A stretch of DNA of 64,000 bases from Vicugna vicugna (taxonomy: Eukaryota), in the NCBI GenBank assembly GCA_013265495.1, contig MU058687.1, forward strand, positions 620,001 to 684,000. The letters are read 5' to 3'. Shown here in pieces: positions 40,487 through 54,155 of the stretch. Within the stretch, counting starts at the first letter, position 1. Every line of letters begins with the position of its first letter. The notes below the pieces were generated by a model. That model saw nothing but the letters and a program-made list of their open reading frames with translations, did no database searches and was not told where the DNA came from. The position numbers and the translations under genes were made by a program.

Positions 40487-42291
40487 CTTCAGAGAAAGTA
40501 AGAAGTATTGAATTTGGGATGTATTTTGAAAGTAGAGCCAACAGGGTTTGAGTCTGGATGTGAGGAATGAGAGAAAGAAAAAGAGAATCAAGAGTGCTTC
40601 TAAGGCTTTTGGTCTCAGCAACTGAGTCAATGATGTGAGCATTTACTGAGATGGGGACTCTGGAGAAGAACAGATTCTGGGTGGGGAGCAGGTGGTGGGC
40701 CAAGAGTTTGTTCACAGAAAGGTTAAATCTGAGATGCCCATTGGATACCCAATGGTGATGTTACTTAGGCAATTGGCTGTTTGAGTCTGGAGCTCAGGGG
40801 AGATGTCTGAGTTTGAGCTGCAAGTGTGAGGATCATCAGAAGGAAAGTGGGATTTTAAATCAGTAGATTTTGAGATCAAGGAGTGACTATAGATAGACAG
40901 AAGAGGTCAGAGGACTGAGCCCTGCGGGAATCCAACATCTAGTAGTAGAACCCGGAGAGGAGGAGGGAGAGCCAGCGAAGGAGATGGAAAGGAGCATCAG
41001 GAAGGTAGAAGGAGAACCAGGTGAGTGTGATGTCCTGGAAGCCAAGGAAAGCAAGCACTTCAAGAGGCACGGCCAGGTCAGCTGAGTCGAATACTGCTGA
41101 GGGGCTGCAGGTGAGACAGAATTGCCCGCTGGGATTGTATCATGGAGCCCATCAGCAACCTTAAAAAGAGTGGGCTCCTTGGAGTGGCTTCAGAAGGTAA
41201 GAAAGCAGAAGTGGAGGTTATAGGTAACTCTTTCAAAGAGTTGCGCCATAAAAGAGGAATGGATAATAGGCCAGTAGTTAGAGACATGGGGTCAAAGAAA
41301 GATACTACAACACATTCGTAGGCTGACGGGATGATCTAGCAGAAGCAGCAAACTGTCGATGTTAACCTCTATTGTATACTTCCTGCAGCTCAGGAGCTGC
41401 ATTAGGCATTTTATATGGATTATTTAATTTAACCTGCACACCAAACCAATGAAGTAGATAATACTGTTTTCCCCACTTCACAGAAGTCAAAACTGAGGCA
41501 TGGAAAGGATTAGTTGGTTACATGGCCATGGTTGGATGGCTAGGATGGCTAGTATGTTGGGGGGGGACGACTTGAATGTTACCAGTTACCAGAATGTCTG
41601 GCTCTTGAGCCCATGTTCTCACTTTCTTCTTCATCTGAATTCATCTCTTATTGCAAATTGTAACCACTGGATAAAGTTTATATCTATTATCATTTGTTTC
41701 CCCCTTCAGAGGAAAAATAATGACCTTTCAATTTTCAGCTGAAGCTAATCTCCTAGGATTTGTGTCTGAGTGCCCCCACCCTGAGCCCCTCTGCTTCTGG
41801 AGGCCTCTATCACAGCCCACCAACCTATCACCCACCTAAACGTGTATGTTTACGGAGCTCCTCAAGGGCAGGGGCTGTGCCTAATTTGCCTAATTCATCT
41901 TTCTTTCCCTGGATGGCAGGACAAGCCCTCCTATAATAAATATTTATCAAGGAGTTGAATGGATGGATGATTGAATGAATGTGAAGACTTCCTAGGAATA
42001 TTGGAAGCATAAGACACCTGAATATGGGTATCTAAATTTACAAGCTGGATACATACTAAAGTGCTCCAGAAATTCCGAGTGCAAAGGAAGCCCTGAGGAG
42101 CACGGGTTTGATGGTGGGGATGCTTGTTAAGAAGGCTCCACATCCACACTTGTCAGTGTGTCAAGATGGAGTCCAGGAGTTAGTACCGGAGGGTTCTTCT
42201 TTTTCCAGAGAATTCCATAGTCTTACTCCTGGAAGGCCAGAGAATCAGGAAACTTGGATTCCAGTCGGCATTTCCCCTTATCATCTGGATG

Positions 42292-42417
42292 GAGTTGCCA
42301 GACAAAATATTGCATGCAATGTTTGAGATATGCTATACTAAAAAATTATTCACTATTTATATGAAATCCAAATTCAGCTGAGCTCCTGTATGTTTATGTA
42401 CTCAATCTGGCAAACTT
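42292..42417. mobile_element. MER53-like palindromic MITE (one arm partly deleted) inside a MIR
   Basis: Terminal inverted repeats gttgccaga / tctggcaa; central catgcaat...tatactaaaaaattattc. Confidence 0.7.
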
Positions 42418-45400
42418 CCAACCGGTGACCTTGGCCAAACTTCATGATAACCCCTTGAGCTTCAGTCTCTGTATCTATAAAACAGAGAAATTTGAGCTTT
42501 CCTTATTGTCATGAAGATTATCTATAAGTTCTTTTAGTAGAGTATTTAACATAGCACTTGGCATGTGGTAAGTGCCCAAGAAATGAGCTAGTTGGCCTAC
42601 AACATTTATTTTCATTTCCTAGAAACATTTATTTTCATTTCCTTCTCTTCTAGAGCATTAAAATATAATCTATCAAATTAGACTTACACACAACTTCTCA
42701 GAAATGCATCAATTAAGTGATCAGTTAATGTGAGTTTGGGAAGCTGGCTGGGTTGTTGAGGTATGGAGAGTTCAAGACTCAGTTCTGGGCCCCAGTGAAG
42801 GTCAATAGAGGACATCCAGATTCTCATTTAGCAGCTAATTTCTCAGTCAGATCTTGGAGTTTCCCCATTATCAGTGCACCAGTAAAAGAAAGGTGTGATC
42901 CTTCCAGAAACCAGTAGAGGGAGAGTGTGTGCATTCTGGGACGGAACTGGGGATACAGCAGGAGGAGTCAAACAGCACCAGCTGCAGGTTTTCACATTCA
43001 TTTGGAGGACAATGGAGGGTCTGGGAGAGCGCTGGGGAGGGTGCTGGCCCAGGGGAGAGTCAGTGAGGCCCCCAGACCAGTAAATCAGACTACAGAGGAC
43101 CAGTCCCTAAGGGCAGAGATGGACATACACTGTGTAGAACGAAAAAGAGACTGTACATTGAAAGACACCAAAAAGCCAAAATCAGGTGACAGACCCAGAG
43201 GAAAAAACTGCAGATTGTATAACAAAGAATTCCAGACTATATAGAGGACACCCACTGTCATTAAACCAAAGACAAGAAAAAAAAAAGAAAAAGAAAAATG
43301 GATAACAGATACGAACAGACAATTCACATAAGAAATACAAATAGCCAATAAACATGAAAAAGATAAATCTTCTTAGCAACAGGGACAAACAAATTGAAAC
43401 AATATTGCAGGGAGTTTCTGCCTTATTTTCCTAGGGTGCTTAAGGGGAATAATCTAATACTCATTGAGTACCTATTCTGTGCCAGGCATTGTGCTAAACA
43501 TCACATTGTGCTAAACATTCCTAAACATCAACTCAGCGTTTAATCTGTACAGAAAGGTTGAGAAGTAGAAACAAACAGTATTGCCATTTTACTGATAGAA
43601 AACTGCAGCTCTGAAAGGTTAGTAACTTGCCTGGAATTCACTCAGCTGGGAAGGGCAGAGCAGGGTTCTGACCCAGGTTTGCGTGGTTCCAAGTCCTTCC
43701 TCTCCCCACCCTGTTTTTTCTAGGACTCCAGCTGGACGAACTTCTAATGCTTGAATACAGTGCTTTGGAGAAGGCCCTGGAAGCTATGAACCCCAAGCAG
43801 CCAAAGAGGAACGGAAAAGCAAAAATAAACAAAAACCTCAGAAAATCCAACAGCCTTGGGAGTAGGCCTGGGGAAGCAGAGTGGAAAGCGGGGATTTGGG
43901 GGACTGATGAGATGGGAGTTCAGAAGGCCAGCTGGGGGAGCGGGGAACCAGTTCACGGCCGCAATCCTAAGCAGGATGGAGTCTGGCTGGCCTGAACGTT
44001 CACAGCCTTAGAGGCTGGAACCCAAGGAATCTGTTTTTCGTCCACTGCATGCTGAGTTGTAAATTCTCATTTCTAAACCTTCCAGGCCGGAGTCGGCGAC
44101 TCCATCCCCCATTCTCGCACCTGCTGGCAGCGGGGGCGCCAATGAATAGACAAGTTCCATGAATTCTTGCCCCTTCCCCCACCTTTTACATAGCCAAGCC
44201 CTGGGACAAAAGGCGCCCGAGGTCTGGGGCTCCTTCCTCAGGCTCCTGCCAGCTCTGGGGAGTGCGAGACAGCTGGAGCCACTCCACACCGCACCATTTA
44301 CATTTTTTACAGTCTCCCTCCCACCCCCTCCCTTCTCCCTCAGGGCCATGGCCAGGGCCACCGGTCTGCTAGGCCACAGAATTCCCTGGAGGTTGAGGGT
44401 AGTTGGCCATGAAACACACAGCCAGGGCAGCAGGAATACGGATGGGGCTTCATGCTGGGTCCACATCCTAGAATCCTGTCCCTTTGTTCAGGACAATTTT
44501 ATCCCACCCACCTAACAGCAGCAACCGGAATTTGCTTCCCCGTTCCTTGTAATTCTGATTCTGGGCTCCACATGGTGACTTCCCTGTAGGATATTGGTCC
44601 CTATCTTTCTAGGGTGGCTCTCTAATCCACTGATAAATGCAGCTACTTTTTATTGAGCACCTACTGTGTACCAGAGACACTGCAAAATGCCCTTGCATCT
44701 TCTGTCCCCTCAGTTAATTCTCACAACCACTCAAGCTGAAATAAGTGTGGACCCCATTTTCCAGATGAGGAAAGATGAGGTTCAGAGAGGAAAGGCTCAC
44801 CCCAGGCCTCCACACAGTCAGCCAAACAGCTGTCAGCGGCAGTGCCAGGATGTGAGTCCCTCACTTTGACTGAGTCTGAGGACCAACTGGACAACTCCTT
44901 CCTCAAAGTCTCTTGCATGATTCCTCAGTCCCTGCTCTTTACCTGTTTACATTTTCCACATTTTGTCTGAAACAGTAGTTCAGTAGGGCAGGCCAGGAAG
45001 AGGGACAGTCATTCCTCACTTCTGTGAAAAGCTTGTTTAAGATTGAGGCTTGGCTCGGATTTGCTGCTCCTTGACCCTCCTCCATCTCTTGGCAGGCCCT
45101 GCCCATGTGGACTGAGCTAAGCTTCAGACAAAATGGGTGCTGGTTGATTCTAACTGGCATGTTTCACCTCTTCTGATGGCCCCCGCCAAAGCGCCTCCAA
45201 CTTCCTAGGTGATAGGCCAACACATCAAAAGGCACCCTGCAGGGAGGGGAATGGAAACTCTGTACCCTGGCTGCCTCCTGCCTTAGATAGAAAAGCCAAA
45301 CTACAGCCATGGAGGTGCTCATGGTTCCGGTCAGGCCAGCCAGCCCTCGACCTCAAAGAGCCCAGTGATCCTGTCCTTTGAAGAGACTCAGAAGCTACTT

Positions 45401-45861
45401 CATCCACAGTGATTCTGTGGACATACCTAGAAAATGACAACACAAAGTGCTTTTTTCATTCATTTACCAAAACACCAAAATATTCAAGTATATAAATACC
45501 CATCTACATATTATGTTCTTTATGCAATTCCACTTTGTGAATCTTATAGAAATGTTTGCACAATATGTGCAAATATGTCTCCTGCATGTTGTTTGTAATA
45601 GTGGAAACTGGAAACAACCTAAATGTCCAATTGCAAGGGGCTGATTAAATACATTATTATACATTGCTACAGTAAAATATTCTGTTGCTGCTGTTAAAGG
45701 TGTCAGTTAATTTTATATGTACCAGCAAAGAACATGACCCATGACACATTGTTGGATGAAGAGAAGTAGAACAGAATATAAATGGCATTCTATTTTTGTT
45801 TAAAAAATTATTTATTAAGGTAGAAGGTAAATAGATAATTTTTTAACCTGAGTATTTAAAG

Positions 45862-46030
45862 CAGTGGGTCTCACCTTAACTGCACATTGGAATACCTGGG
45901 AATTAAAGACATCCAGAAGCCCAGGCCCACTCCAGACCAATTATATCACGATCTCTTGGGGTGGGAGGCAGGCATTTTTTTTTTAACCTCCCCAGGTGAT
46001 TCCAATGAGCAGCCGATGTAGAAAACACTA
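45862..46030. mobile_element. MER5A-like hAT element
   Basis: cagtgggtctca...ccaggtgattccaatgagcagcc... Confidence 0.78.
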
Positions 46031-48117
46031 CCTTAAAGAACCAGAAGGAAGGAAATGTTGACTCAGAAAGGAAAATGAAATTGTAACCTCTTTATGTGAA
46101 ATCTAAATAGACTTTACTGGCCCTGCTCTTTCTGGGGAAAACAAAGAGGCTGGGTTGCCTGGAATTATCACTAGCCTTCTGTAAGCACTGAATTAGTTGA
46201 CTATAACCCTGAGCAATACCAAACTTCCTGACTGTACTTGACTACGTGACTTCAGGAGATGAAGTCTTCAAGAGTAAATGAGAGGTTAGGAGCCTGTATT
46301 GCTGTGCTTTCTGAAGGACATGGGCCACCACCTCATTAGTAAGCGGGGAACACGATTGAAGCACTTTGCACTGTTCCTGACACGGTAGAGTATGAAAATT
46401 CTGCTGAAGATCATCTTGTACGCTCCCTGGGAAGACACAGGCCCCTTCTGTGTCCCCTGGTACAGTAGGTGGTTCTATGGGATGCATCCCGTCAATAGAT
46501 AACAGTAGCTGACTTCACATCACCTTTTCTCGTAACGACCCTCAGTGGTGGCCCAAAGCATGACACAGAAAATGCATTTCAGACAGCAGTTGTAGAGGGA
46601 CCAAAATAATGTTGTCCAAGTTAGTATATCTTTGATCGGCTGGTTTGATCTAGTAATAACTATTTTATTAATTATATATAACTGATATTAATTGAGTCTT
46701 TTCTGTGTGACAGTCACTGTACTAGATGCGTTACTCATGTTTCCCCATTTAATCCTTACCACAGTCCTTTGAGGTAATTATCACTATAATCACCATTTTA
46801 CAGATGAGGAAACTGAGGCTCTGAGAGGTTAATTTGTTAACCTCTCTGGGGTTTAAACTCCTGTTTATTAGAATCTGAAGCCAATTCTCCGAATCACCTT
46901 CTCTCCAGCCTCAGAAAATTTGAATATAGATGGTTTTAAACAGTAGTTTCTCCCTTTTACAAGTCTTTTTTTTATTTACCAAAAGAATGCATCTTTGTGG
47001 TAAAAAATGCAAACAAAACTTAAGTAAAAAAGTAAAGTAAAAAAGCCATCTCTTCCCACAAACAAGCTTACCAGGTTTCTCCTGTTTGTTCTTAAAATCT
47101 TCCAGACTTCCTTCTACTTGCTGAACATGTGTATGTACATATCAAGTTTGCAAAATGGGATCATAACATACATTTCACTCTGAACTTCCTCTTTTATGTG
47201 GCTGTATTTCCAGGTTGGTTCATGCAGATCTATTCATATCTTAGGAACAGGTATCACAGTTGACTGCTCCCCTCTTCTTAAAATATTTTCCCTGGGTTTT
47301 TCCTTCTGCCTCTGTTTTTTTCCTCCAGCTGACTCTAAAGGGTAGTCCCTTTTCTTTCTTCCCTATTCTTCCCCCTCTTCTTCCTCTGTTATCTCTCCCA
47401 CTCCCTTGGCTTTAGAGCTTATCTATACACTAACAACTCCCAGACTTACTTCACTCTTTACCTGGAACACTACAATTTTCTCTATTTTCAATTTGCTTTG
47501 TTGTTAATTGTAAGTCTACAGGAAAATGTATATTTGCATGTGCTTATACTTACAAAAAGAAACTCTAGAAGGAAACTAATAAAAGGAGCTAACTGTGCGT
47601 GGAGTGGAGGGAATTAGGAATAAATTTACCAAGATCAAGGGCACCAAGCCTGAGATTACAAACAGAGTGACTGGGTGACTTCGGATTTGGTCTGTTGTCT
47701 TGCCTCCTCTTTATGGCTGAAATCAATTAAGGTGACAGAAGAAATGCAATGAACTTGGGAGGAGAGGACCACAAGCCCTTGAATTCTTGTCAGAGGACTA
47801 GCTGTTCCAGTAGAGTACCTGTGCCTGTTTCCTTGGGATAGAGGAGGGGTTAGTTATCCACAAGCCTTCTTCCCTGTCCAGGTAAATTGCCTAAGGGCAA
47901 CTGCTGCTGTCCATCACCCCAAGGGCACCTAACAAAGGCTCTGTAAATAAAGTAGGTGTCAGTCCAATGACTTTTCCCACCCTCTGCATGCTGCCTTCCT
48001 GGCTAAGGACAGGGCTGCCTGCTCTCAGACTAAGTGGAATGCTGTTTGCAGGTAAGTTTCCCTCCCCTTTACTTCCATAAAGTGATACTCCTATTCATCA
48101 AAAATAGGTATTCAAGG

Positions 48118-48275
48118 TGGGGAGAGGATAGCTTAGTGGTAGGCTGTGTGTTTAGCATGCACGAGGTCTTGGGTTCAACCCCCAGGACTTCCATTAAAAA
48201 AATAAATAAATAAAGTAAATAAATAAATAAACCTAATTACCTCCCCTCCCCACAAATAAAAAATAACTTAAAAAA
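48118..48275 (+). mobile_element. Vic-1-like SINE (more diverged copy)
   Basis: tRNA-like head, (TAAA)n and AACCTAATTACCTCCCC tail. Confidence 0.87.
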
Positions 48276-50866
48276 CAGATGTTCAGATTTTCAATTATAA
48301 AGCTTATTACACACACATTAAACTGAGAAAATGGCATTATGAACCACCCTGAATGAATGGTAAAATGAAGCCCCGATTCAATAATTATTGACATATTGCT
48401 GTATACACTTTACCCTTTGTTCTTTTTCTCTGATTTTTAAAGAGCAAATGCCTAAGGTCTCACCATTTTAACCCTAAGTTCTTACAAATACATTTGAAAA
48501 TTTAGAACATTTTCTTACTCTATCACCTCTAACAAATTTAACATTAATTACTTAGAATATACTCATACCCAGTCTATATTCAAATTTACCACAAAACGAA
48601 ATGACTTTAAAGCCATAAATAATGCCAGATTGGTGTTGCACATGAAACCAGAGAAGCCAGCATCAACCTGACAGCCCTCTCAGCACAGGTCTCTAAGAAA
48701 TGCCAGTGTCCAGGAGTGAGAGGCTCAAGAAATACTTGTTCTTTTTTTGGTAAAAGCAAGTAGTTCTTTTTGACCACTTACTATGGACCCACCTGACTAC
48801 ATTACTCTTTGTGTGTCTTCACAGCACTGAACATAATGACTATGTAGAGTAGATGCTCAACTAATGTGATTTGAATTGATCATCATTTCTCCCTGGTCTT
48901 GAATGTTTCTTGACAGCCAAGGAGTGAGGTCACTGTTTAATTCAATCATTTGAATAGAGTGGATATTATTATCCCTATTTTACAAATGAGGAAAGTGAGG
49001 GCCAGATCTAAGTTCCCTTAACTAGGAAGTGGAGGACAGGTTGGTCCAATTCCAGAATCTGAGTGGTCATCTGTCTTGGTAATTGCCAAGGGTAGAGAGT
49101 CCTGGGCAAAGACAGGGTAAAAGGGAAGAGTGGAGGAGGAGAGAAAAGGAGAAAAGAGAGAAAGGAACAAAGAAAGGAAATTAGCAGGTTGTGATGTCAT
49201 AGAATTAAAACTAGCAGCCACTGGACAAAGAGCCTTCGTGTACAGTGAACACAGGTGTTTGTTGTGCCGTGAAATGAATGGGAAGCCTTTTGTACATCAA
49301 CCCTCAGACTCTAGAATCAGGTCCATAGATAACACTGTGGCCACAGGGCTAAACCCAGGACCAGGCCCCTATTAGGAGCTCAAATATCTGCTGAATGAAT
49401 GACAGTTGAGTGAATGACAGTGAATGTGTGAGTAAATGAATCACTGAATAAGTGACTGAATGAATGATAGACTAATTATATCAATTATTTAATAAAGCAT
49501 TGAGTAGCTGAATTCATTGAATGACAGATGGATGAATTCTTTAAATCTCCATAGAAAGAGAATGAGTAAGGAAGACAGCTAAATCTAATAGCAGTGTCAT
49601 TTTCTGTGCATTTTATCACTAGGCCTGTGCTAAGAACTTCATAAACAGTTTTTCATTTAATCTCCATAGCAAACTCTCCAGTATTATTATCATCATTTTT
49701 AAAGTAAGGAATTAGGTCTGGAGATGTGAGAAAACTTGTTCAAGGGCACATAGAGGGCAGAGCTGGAATTTTAATCCTGCTGTTACACTGCAAAGCTCAG
49801 GCTTTTCACTATATAGTCAGTGTTCAATAAGTAATACTTCACTCAATACAGGACTTGTTTTCTGTAGCTGATGCAAATACAGGTGAACCCCCACTTACAC
49901 AACCCCTGGAAAGCTGGTAAATTTGAACATAGCTAATTACTTATCTCAGCTCATTATGCAAAGGAGGCTTTTCTATTGTATGTCCTTTTATAAGTGAAGG
50001 ATTACCCTCAACTCATCTGCTTCCTAAATCTGAATTTTGTTCAAAGCAAGGTATATATTAACTAAAGATGTCTTTTGTAGGAGTTGGCTTAATTATTGCT
50101 GGGAATCTGGGATCTTAAGACCAGGCCCTTAATTTTGACACTCCATCATAACGGTTTAAATTAAATGTACAAAATCCAGTAAAGGAAAGACAACATAAGT
50201 TCAATATACGTAAAAATAAAAAGATTTCTTCAGAATAAAAACCACCGTAAGCCAAGTCCAATTACAAACCACAAACTAAGAGAAAAATATTTCTAGTTCC
50301 TATTGTAGACCAAGGGCTGTCTTTATAGAAAACTCTCATTAATCAATAAGAAAAGGATGATAACCCAATAGCAAAATAGGCAAAGGATAGTTACAGAAAA
50401 GCAACATAAATGTAGGAAAAAGGCTTTCCTTTACTCACAATGAAAAAAGTGTAAATTAAAACCGTACTGAGGGATGAAGTTTTCACCTATTAGATTGGCA
50501 GAGATTTAAAAAAAATGATAACACACTTAGGGGTAGGGCGACTATACTCTCAGACTTTGTTTTGGGGGAAATAAAGTGGTACAATCTCTACAGAGGGAAA
50601 ATTGGTAAAACCCATATAAATTACTATATACATACACTTTCAAGGTATAGGTATACCTACATGTGCAAAATTTTGTATATGCAAGTCACCCACTATAGCA
50701 TGGTTTAAGAGAAAAAGAAAATGACCTTAAATTCCATCAGCGGAGGACTGGGTAGTTAGTACATTATATTCATTTATAAAATAGAGTTCATGCTACAGCT
50801 AGGTATGTGCTAAAATATTTGCTGCCATCCACATGAGGCTATAGAACATTTGAAATGTGTCTAGTT

Positions 50867-51018
50867 CTTTCTTTCTTTCTTTTAAATTGAAGTACAGTTG
50901 ATTTACAGTGTTGTGTTAGCTTCTGGTGTACAGCATAGTGATTCAGTTATACACATATACGTTCTTTTTCATTATAGGTTATTACAAGCTACTGAATATA
51001 GTTCCTTGTGCTATACAG
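50867..51018 (-). mobile_element. short L1 3' end inserted in a MER3/MER33-like element
   Basis: Perfect 15-bp TSD GAAATGTGTCTAGTT at 50852-50866 and 51019-51033. Confidence 0.87.
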
Positions 51019-51544
51019 GAAATGTGTCTAGTTTTAGTTGAGATATGCTTTAAGTGGAAAATGCATACAAGATTTTGAAGACTTGGTACGAAAAAAGGAA
51101 CATGAGATATCTCATTAACAATGTTTTACACTGATTTTCTGTCAAAATGATAGTATTTCTGATATATTGGTTTAAATAAAATCTATTGTTAAAATTAATT
51201 TCACCTGTTCCTTTTAACTTTTCGAATATGGTTACTAGAAAGTGTAAAAGTAATGTGTGTCTGTCATTACATTTTATTGAACAGTGGTGGCTGTGGGTAA
51301 AAAACTGAAGTGCAAAAAGCAACGTGCATAAGTCTTCAGTGTACTACCATTTGTGCTTTAAAGAAAGGACAAAAGTGCTCTCTGAGCGATTTGCTTGTTT
51401 AAACATATTTCTGGAATGATACCCTAGAAACAATATTGTTTGCTTCTGTGGAGAGAAACTAGATAGGGAACAGGGCTGAAATTTGAACCCTGAATCCTTT
51501 AGTAAATTCCTGAACTAAAATTTACAAGCATTTTAAATAATAAA

Positions 51545-51882
51545 CAGTGGCTCCCCTTACCCGCTGGGACCCCTGTTCTGAGACCCCCAGTGGATGCCTG
51601 AAACCCCAGGTAGTATTGAATCCTATAAATACTATGTTTTTCCTTATACTAACTAGGTGGGTAGTGTATAAGGCATGGATAAAATGAACAAAGGGATGAT
51701 TCACTTACTTCCCAGGTGGCACAGAGCAGGACAACGAAAGATTTCATCATGCTACTTAGAACAGCATGCAATTTAAAACTCATGAATGTTTATTTCTGGA
51801 ATTTATCATGTAATATTTTTGCACTGCAGTTGACCATAGGTAACTGAAACCAAAGAAAGCAAAACTGCAGATGAGGGACTAT
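51545..51882. mobile_element. Tigger/MER82-like Tc1-mariner MITE
   Basis: cagtggctccccttacccg...ccccagtggatgcctgaaacc...aaactgcagatgagggacta. Confidence 0.72.
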
Positions 51883-53899
51883 TATTATTTAGATATCATT
51901 TATGTATATTATACATATTATGTATATACATATTAGTCAGAAGTAGTTTAAAATGTTTAACATAGGGTAAAAATATTCAGAGAAACTAGAAATAAACACA
52001 CGTGTATGTGCACAGAAAAAGGAACTGGCCAGATAAACACAGTGAAGAGAATGGGTTGGATACTGAAAGTGAGGATTTGCTCAATGTGCTCAATTTTTTA
52101 CTCTGTACTGTTTGGGTCTTTTGTAAAGAGAAAGTTTAATTTATGTAACTCTAATAAAAGAAACTAGATTAGAAAGAAATGTACCAAGATGTTCACAATA
52201 GCTGTCTTTAGAACATGAGATTATAGGTAATTTTCCCTTCCTACTACTTTACTTTAAAATTTTTCCCAATTACTCTACATTTTCCTAATTAGTCTATAAA
52301 TAAGACTCTTTGGTAATGGAAGCACCAAAAACCTTTTTATCACTATAGTTCTTTTTCTTTTTTTCATAGTTTCTTTTAAAAAAAATACTTTTAAAGACTC
52401 CATTAGCCTCTTAAGGAATTTTAAATTATTTTTGTTGCTTTTTTAAATGATAGCAAGTACTGTGGGCTCTTTATAAAATGTCAAATAACACAGAAGGATC
52501 ATGGGGAAAGACAAAGTACCTCGTAATCCCATCTCCTCTACAAAATAACGACCATTCTCTGAAACTTTTTAAGTACTGCTTTTATATTAAGAACTTAATT
52601 TCGAATTAACTGGAGAGATTGAGACCTGGAATATACTTGCATTGTGCCAAGCACAGTCCTAAATGCTTTAAATTTATCTTATTAAATCTACCTAACAATT
52701 CTAGGGGGTAAATGAACTCTCTAGGGTAAACGTTTTGCGCCAGTAACCACTCTATCAGGGCTAGGAGGGTTTAAACAGTTTGCCTAAGGCCGTACTCCAG
52801 TATTGGACGGGGCTGGCATTCAAATCCAAGTCCAGGAGGAGTCTAAACCACTGCCTCAGGCGACTGCCATCATGGTGGGTGGGGCTGGTGTGACTAAGAT
52901 CCAGGGACTGGACTTGAGTTCAGTCTGGTGGCCCCCTCATTCCAGCGTTCCCGAGAATGGGTGTTTGATAAAGGATTTTTGACTTTGGTGATAAGTGTAG
53001 GTAGGGTTCATGATTGGCAGAGAGAAAATGGCAATAGTGGAGCTGGGGCACAGCCATCACTGGGGGGCATTTTATAGTGGTAGCAAAGGATAAGGTGATA
53101 CAGGAGAGGTGGGTGGGCTCGGGAGAAGCTGCTAGCCCCAGCACTCCAAAGGGTTAAGGCTGGGCAGGAAAGCCCCTGGGGGGAGCTACCACCAAAGGCT
53201 GCAATCTGGCAGCTCTCACCTCCCCCACCAGCAGGGACTGGACGGGCGGATAGGACTGGTTCCTCCAGGATGATCTGAGGCCTCTGGGCTGAGGTGAGCT
53301 GTGGGGAGGGACGGAAGCCCCAGGTGCCACACGCCCCTATCTTCCTGTGGGGCTCAGAAAACCAGGTGTCCTGGACAGGTGTCCTGGGCCCAGATCGAAG
53401 CATCTTTGGCACAGGCACACTTTGGGAGTGAGAGGTGTTGAACCTCAAGGCTGGGGGATGCTCAGAGAAAGGTGGGGATGGAAGCCTTTCTGAAAGGGAA
53501 GAGGGCCTGTACCAAGGTGGGGGCAGTGAGTTCTCCAGCCTCCTGTCTTGCAGGGCCAGGGATGGGGGAGTTGCCTCCGGAAGAGATGCAGCTTTTGGGT
53601 TCAGGGAGCCTCCAGTTCTCTGACCAATCATCCAAGGGTAGTTTCCCAGCTTCAGTTTTGCTCCCCGCCCCGCCCCCCACCCACAGCCTGTCCACAGACT
53701 TTCTTTCCTTAGGTCTTTCTATCTAAACCTTCTCCTCCCCTCCCCCCAAACTCTTTGCAAATCTTTCAGCTTTCTTTCAAATTTTCCCTGGGCAGTTTGG
53801 GGTCTGTTTCAGAGCTAGGTCAGGGCGCTTTAACACCCCCAGCTGGGTAGAGTGGACGAGACAATAGCTGCTATCACTTTACCATTGGAAGTGACCCCC

Positions 53900-54155
53900 G
53901 AATTTGCACTTCTTTCATCTTGGGACCGGAGCACTTGAGGGTGGGCGATTTCCTGGGGGGAGTGGCCTAAGCCGCTTCTCCACCGGCCAGTTGGCTGTAG
54001 ACGATCCATGCTCAATGGTCCACCACAGATATGAAACCCGTTCTGGAGTGAGAGTGGTGCTTAGTTGGGGACGCTGCCCGCAGGGTACTTAAATGTCCCA
54101 AGCTGGAAGGTGGAGAGAGAAGTGGATGCCCCCTGGGCTCTGGGCCACCCTCGAG
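53900..54155 (+). other. VRTN: probable non-coding first exon of VRTN (5' end uncertain)
   Basis: Non-repetitive GC-rich segment downstream of GC boxes (CCCGCCCCGCCCC near 53665), ending in donor GAG|GTCAGT. The coding exon has an acceptor 1 nt before the ATG, so an upstream exon is implied. Confidence 0.6.

Larger units (their letters stand above)
38990..41340 (-). mobile_element. L2 LINE remnant hosting nested insertions
   Basis: Typical L2 motifs (attcattc...ggcattgttctggatgctggagatacag; ttaaaaggatcactctg; tgagatgccca...). Confidence 0.8.

Noticed and set aside
46242..46487. 81-aa minus-strand ORF in non-repetitive-looking sequence
   Set aside because: No recognisable domain and no splice or promoter support
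54049..54155. In-frame N-terminal extension of VRTN from exon 1
   Set aside because: The frame is open back to TGA at 54049 but contains no ATG
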